Positions 59,608 to 64,000 of a DNA stretch of 64,000 bases are shown here, in pieces. The DNA comes from Leucoraja ocellata (Eukaryota), in NCBI GenBank assembly GCA_036785375.1, contig JAWMAR010000276.1, forward strand, positions 1,054,001 to 1,118,000. The letters are read 5' to 3'. Numbering within the stretch: position 1 is the stretch's first letter; each line of letters opens with the position of its first letter. The position numbers and the translations under genes were made by a program. The notes beneath the pieces are model-generated. The model was given only the letters and a program-made list of their open reading frames with translations, had not been told where the DNA came from and ran no database searches.

Positions 59608-62600
59608 GTAAGTAATTCCCTATCGTTATCTCTGGGTAATCGCGCCGTGGATGTGTTTTTGTTTCCCCCCTTGTACTGGAGGGCACCATATCTGGGTCTG
59701 CGTGCTCGGGTTTTTGAGCAGGCTGCGAGCTTGCAGCTTAGCAACCTGTCCGGCGCAGGCATGTCCACTGTCTCACTGAATCAATGAGTGAAAGGACAGA
59801 GGATAATCCTCTCTCACCATTCAACGTTGCCCGTTCAACCACCCGGGGCTTTCCTGACGACCGGAGGGGTTTCTGAACATTGGAGCTTCCCCCTGCGATG
59901 CGTCGGGAAATTGTGGACAATTCTTGTAAAGTTACTGACAAACCCGGGTGGAATTTTCACAACATTTCGGAGAAAATGTCACTTCCTCCTCCCTTTCCCC
60001 AGTCAGTATTTTGTTGTTTTCAAAGATGCGTGTGCCTCAATCCACGTCCAATCCCGACCTTGCCCTGCATTACATTGAACGCTCAGCTCGCCTGGAATAA
60101 CGGAGTCGCAAGATACTGGCATCTTGTGCAAGACAGAATATATATATATACTCAAGGAATTCAGTGGCTCGGATACCATCTGTGGATGGAATGGACCTGA
60201 AATGCCATCTGCCCATCACCTCCACAGTTGCTGCCTGACCCGCTGAGTTCCTCCACCACTTTGCTTTTTGCTCTAACTTCCCCCTGTAACTTTTGACTAA
60301 CCAGTCAGTAGACCCCGGCCACAATCTATCATCCTGGTCTTGTTTTTGTTGACATTTGACTACCCGCAAATCAACAAAGACTTTACAAGGACCTGTTTAC
60401 AGTACATTCGTTGTATTAGTGAGGGAAACGCAGCAGCTATTTTGCATAGAGCAATACGATAATGGCCGATGCTGCCTGCGTTGTAATAATGTTGGTTGAG
60501 AAGATGGGGGAAGAAGTCCTTGGTTTGTTCAAAATACTCGCATCTTTGAATCGTTTCTAGAGGGTAGAAGGCCCTCGGTTAAATGTGCTGCCTGGATGGA
60601 TGGCTCCTCTGGCAGAGAGGCATCCCCTCAGGACTACACTGTCAGCTGTCAGCCTTTAACCAGTGCTCAAAAACAACAACAACCCCGCGCTGAGTTCCAC
60701 CAGCAGTTTCTATTGTGCTTCAGTTTCCAGCGTCTTCAGGCGTATTTGTCTCCATTCTGTGTCCAAGCCTCTTGTAAGTAAGGCTAAAGTGCTGCCCACC
60801 AGCGGAGTCGAGGAAACACTTTTTCTCACAGAGAGTGGTGAGTCGGTGGAATTCTCTGCCTCAGAGGCCGGTTCTCTGGATACTTTCAAGAGAGAGCTAG
60901 ATAGGGCTCTTAAAGATAACGGAGTCGGGGGATATGGGGAGGAGGCAGGAACGGGATACTGATTGGTGATGATCAGCCATGATCACATTGAATGGTGGTG
61001 CTGGCTCGAAGGGCCGAATGGCCTACTCTTGCACCTATTGTCTATTGACCTTGGGCTGCACTTTTATAAGATGCCTTGTCCCTGATATTGGCCGAGTCCT
61101 GTTTCTAACAAGTGATGATGTGATACCAATCGGCAGAGACTGTTGCCTGCTTTCTTTTGCCTTCTTTGTGGATGAATTGTTGGTGAATTCCATTCAGTCC
61201 ATGATATTTGACCACTGCCACGTACACAGTGAGTCTCTGCGATGCATGCTGAGATATTTTCACTACCAAGGGTCAGCAGTGGACTCCCATGCACCATAAT
61301 CTATTCAGCATCAAGCAAGCCTTTGCTCTGCACATCCGTGTCTAGTTACTTGCTGACTACATCCACTGACGCAGGGTCAGCGTCCACACTTAAAGTGAAG
61401 TCACCCATTTATACCCAGGGTACACAAAAATGCTGGTGAAACTCAGCGGATGTAGCAGCATCTATGGAACGAAGGAAATGGGCAACGTTTCGGGCCGAAA
61501 CCCTTCTTCAGACTGATATAAACACCTCTTGTGCACCCTACACCCTCTGTGGCTTCAGACCGCTGGGTCTGCTACGTTGGTCTGGATGGCCTGGTTTCCT
61601 GCAGCAGGACATTGGGAAGAAGGCAGATTGAAACATTGCTCACTGCTGCAACCTCTGCACGCATGGCATCAGGTTCATTGCAGTTATCACCTGGCAACAG
61701 GATTGCTGGAAGATGACCAGATCTTTTCTGGTCTTTGGCCCTTCAGCAGCTTCTATAAACCTTTCAACTGTAGGCTCTTGGTGGAACCAGACCCTCTGAG
61801 CTTCAATCCCCATATTCCACAGCGCACTGACCCACTGCTTCCATCTCTGAGGTTCTGCCACTGCCTCGAGTCACCAGCTAACAGCTCACCCCGCCCTCTA
61901 ACACCACACAGGATGGACAGGGTCAACAACCTCCTGCCTGAAAGGGAGGATGAGACTAAAACCTTTTATCTCTGGATTCTCTATCATTGCTGCTCTAGCC
62001 CCTTTTATCGCCTTAAATCTTGGTAGCAAGCCTATTAATATCCATATGTACAGCAATATTTTGGAAACAATATTTAATTGCAGCTACTGAAATAACTTTA
62101 TGGATAAATGCAACAAAGTACAATTGAACCAACAGTCCAATTGGTCATAGCATGTTTGGGAAGTTTCAATGGATGTTGAGAAAAGCCTGGGCTATATCTG
62201 CAGATATTCATGGTCAGATATTCGGGGTTGTTATGTTGGCAAAACAAATTGTGACATTTGTCATATTAAAATCAGGAATGCTTAATTAAGTTTAGTTTGT
62301 ATTGCAACATTGTGATTGAGAAGATTAGCTACATTTATAATTTGTTGAGGGAGACATAGGTGAGGGATCCATCTACAACAGCAGGGGTGGAAACCATGTT
62401 TACTAAAGAAAGAAGATATCGCAGACATCCAGGAATAGAAAGCCTTATCTTGGGAATCCATGCGGTGGAGATGAAGAAATTGAGAGCAGGGGACAACGCC
62501 CTTGCAAGAAGCAGGGCGAGAAGAAGTCATTTCTTGTTGAAATATAAATCAGCCATGTATGTGTGTGTGTGTGTGTGTGTCTGAGTGTGATCAATAAAAC

Positions 62601-64000
62601 ATGTTTGGCCAGAAGTTTTTACCCTGTTTATTTGCAGTGCAAAACAACAACAGTGAGCAGAACCTACGGATGCTGCAGGATATTAAGGAAGTGAACAGGA
62701 GAGTGGAATCGGACTAGATGATGTGTTGAAAATGATAGCAGTAGAGACTGCATAGCCTGCACAGTAAAATAACAGCATGGCCTTGATATACAGAATGTTC
62801 TTTGTCAGTCCTGAAGCATTTTTTTGATTCCAAGTTTCAGCTTGTTTGTGACAATTTTTCCCAGGCACATGTTCAAGTGTGTGGCTTCTGATTGAGGAAA
62901 TACAACCAGCATTGAATGTTTCAGTTCTGTATCAGACTCGGCCACATTGAGAACAAGAGGTTTTGGCTTAAAACTACCTTATTTGGCCTTGGCGTGTTGT
63001 TCATGGCCAGGCTTCTGGGCTCAGCGAAGGGAGGGCATTTTGTTACAGTTCAGCGTAGACCTTGTGCATGGGCAGTGCTGAGCTCTGCGCATATTCACAG
63101 TGTTGTACCCCATTGTATTAAATGGTTGGAACTTGGAAACTCCATGGGCGTTGCTGCACGAGTCATAGCTCGGGATGTTCGCTTTGGAATTAGAGAATTT
63201 TTAATTATCTTCAAAGGGTGATCTAACTGCGAGCCTAGCAACGTCCTGGGCACTGGGACACTTCACTTCCCACCACCAGCTACAGGCAGCCATTAACTGG
63301 ATCCACAGACTACAAAGTCACGTGACCTCTGTGCTTTGCAGGGCAATGATTTTGAGATGCTCACCTTGCCAGGACATGACAAAAATAAACACGCCCTGTG
63401 AGCAAGAGCTGTACTTTAGACTTTAGAGATGCAGCATGCAATCAGGCTCTCTGGCTCACCAAGTTTGCACTGACCAGCGATCACCCTAGCTAGCACTGTC
63501 CTGAACACTTTACAATTTCAGAAGCCAATTAACCTACAAACCTGTATGTCTTTGGACTGTGGGAGGAAAGAGGAGCACCTGGAGAAAACCTACACAGTCA
63601 CAGGGAGAACGTCCAAACTCAATACAGACAGCTTCTGTAGTCGGGATTGAACCCAGATCCCTGGCAATGTAAGGCTTTACTGCTGCGTCACTGCTAGCAG
63701 CATCTATGTGGCATCCTCGCTCCTCTCACTGATTTAACTTATGGTGATTTAATTAAGTGTTTCAGGAGCTCCATTCCACCGATCATGGATGAAACATAGT
63801 TTAGGGAAGAACTGGAACAGTAGCTCATCACTAAGGTTACGGTGTTTTCAGACGAGAGATGGATTATAAAATGATAGATGGTTATGGTAAAAGGATAATG
63901 AAAGGCCTAGATAGAGTGGATGTAGAAAGGATGTTTCTAGCAATGGGGGAGGTTAGAACCAGTGGGTACCGCCTCAGAATAAAAGGATGTACCTTTGGAA

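Noticed and set aside
61529-62026. 165-aa ORF as a TSPAN33 exon
   Set aside because: No tetraspanin similarity; the minus strand looks like a decayed L1/Tx1-type fragment (low confidence).
839-63690. tRNA genes or a CRISPR-like array from the recurring repeats
   Set aside because: These are dispersed, diverged SINE and Penelope copies; there is no intact cloverleaf and no regular repeat-spacer period.

Overview
Vertebrate genomic DNA, most likely from a cartilaginous fish (skate/ray-like mix of CR1, tRNA-SINE and Penelope repeats; the taxon is inferred). Reading GT-AG splice sites by hand gives four + strand genes. (1) A 345-aa inhibitory Ig-superfamily receptor: leader, germline-joined VJ-type domain with a CD28/CTLA-4-like PPP loop, C1 domain, TM, then ITIM and ITSM. 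(2) A 976-aa model in which a signal peptide, a B7-family IgV domain and a TM helix splice in frame to a cytoplasmic NACHT-LRR, i.e. a candidate cell-surface 'B7-NLR' receptor. (3) A stand-alone legumain C-terminal prodomain (LSAM) gene with no visible protease or signal exons, and with one cysteine of each prodomain disulfide lost. (4) The first coding exon of TSPAN33. The rest is transposon-rich: CR1, L2, Rex1, Penelope with minimal hammerhead ribozymes, DIRS, hAT and Harbinger MITEs. There is also a triplicated promoter-like segment and a 149-N gap. All gene models are hand predictions without transcript evidence. Repeat boundaries described as approximate were set by eye.
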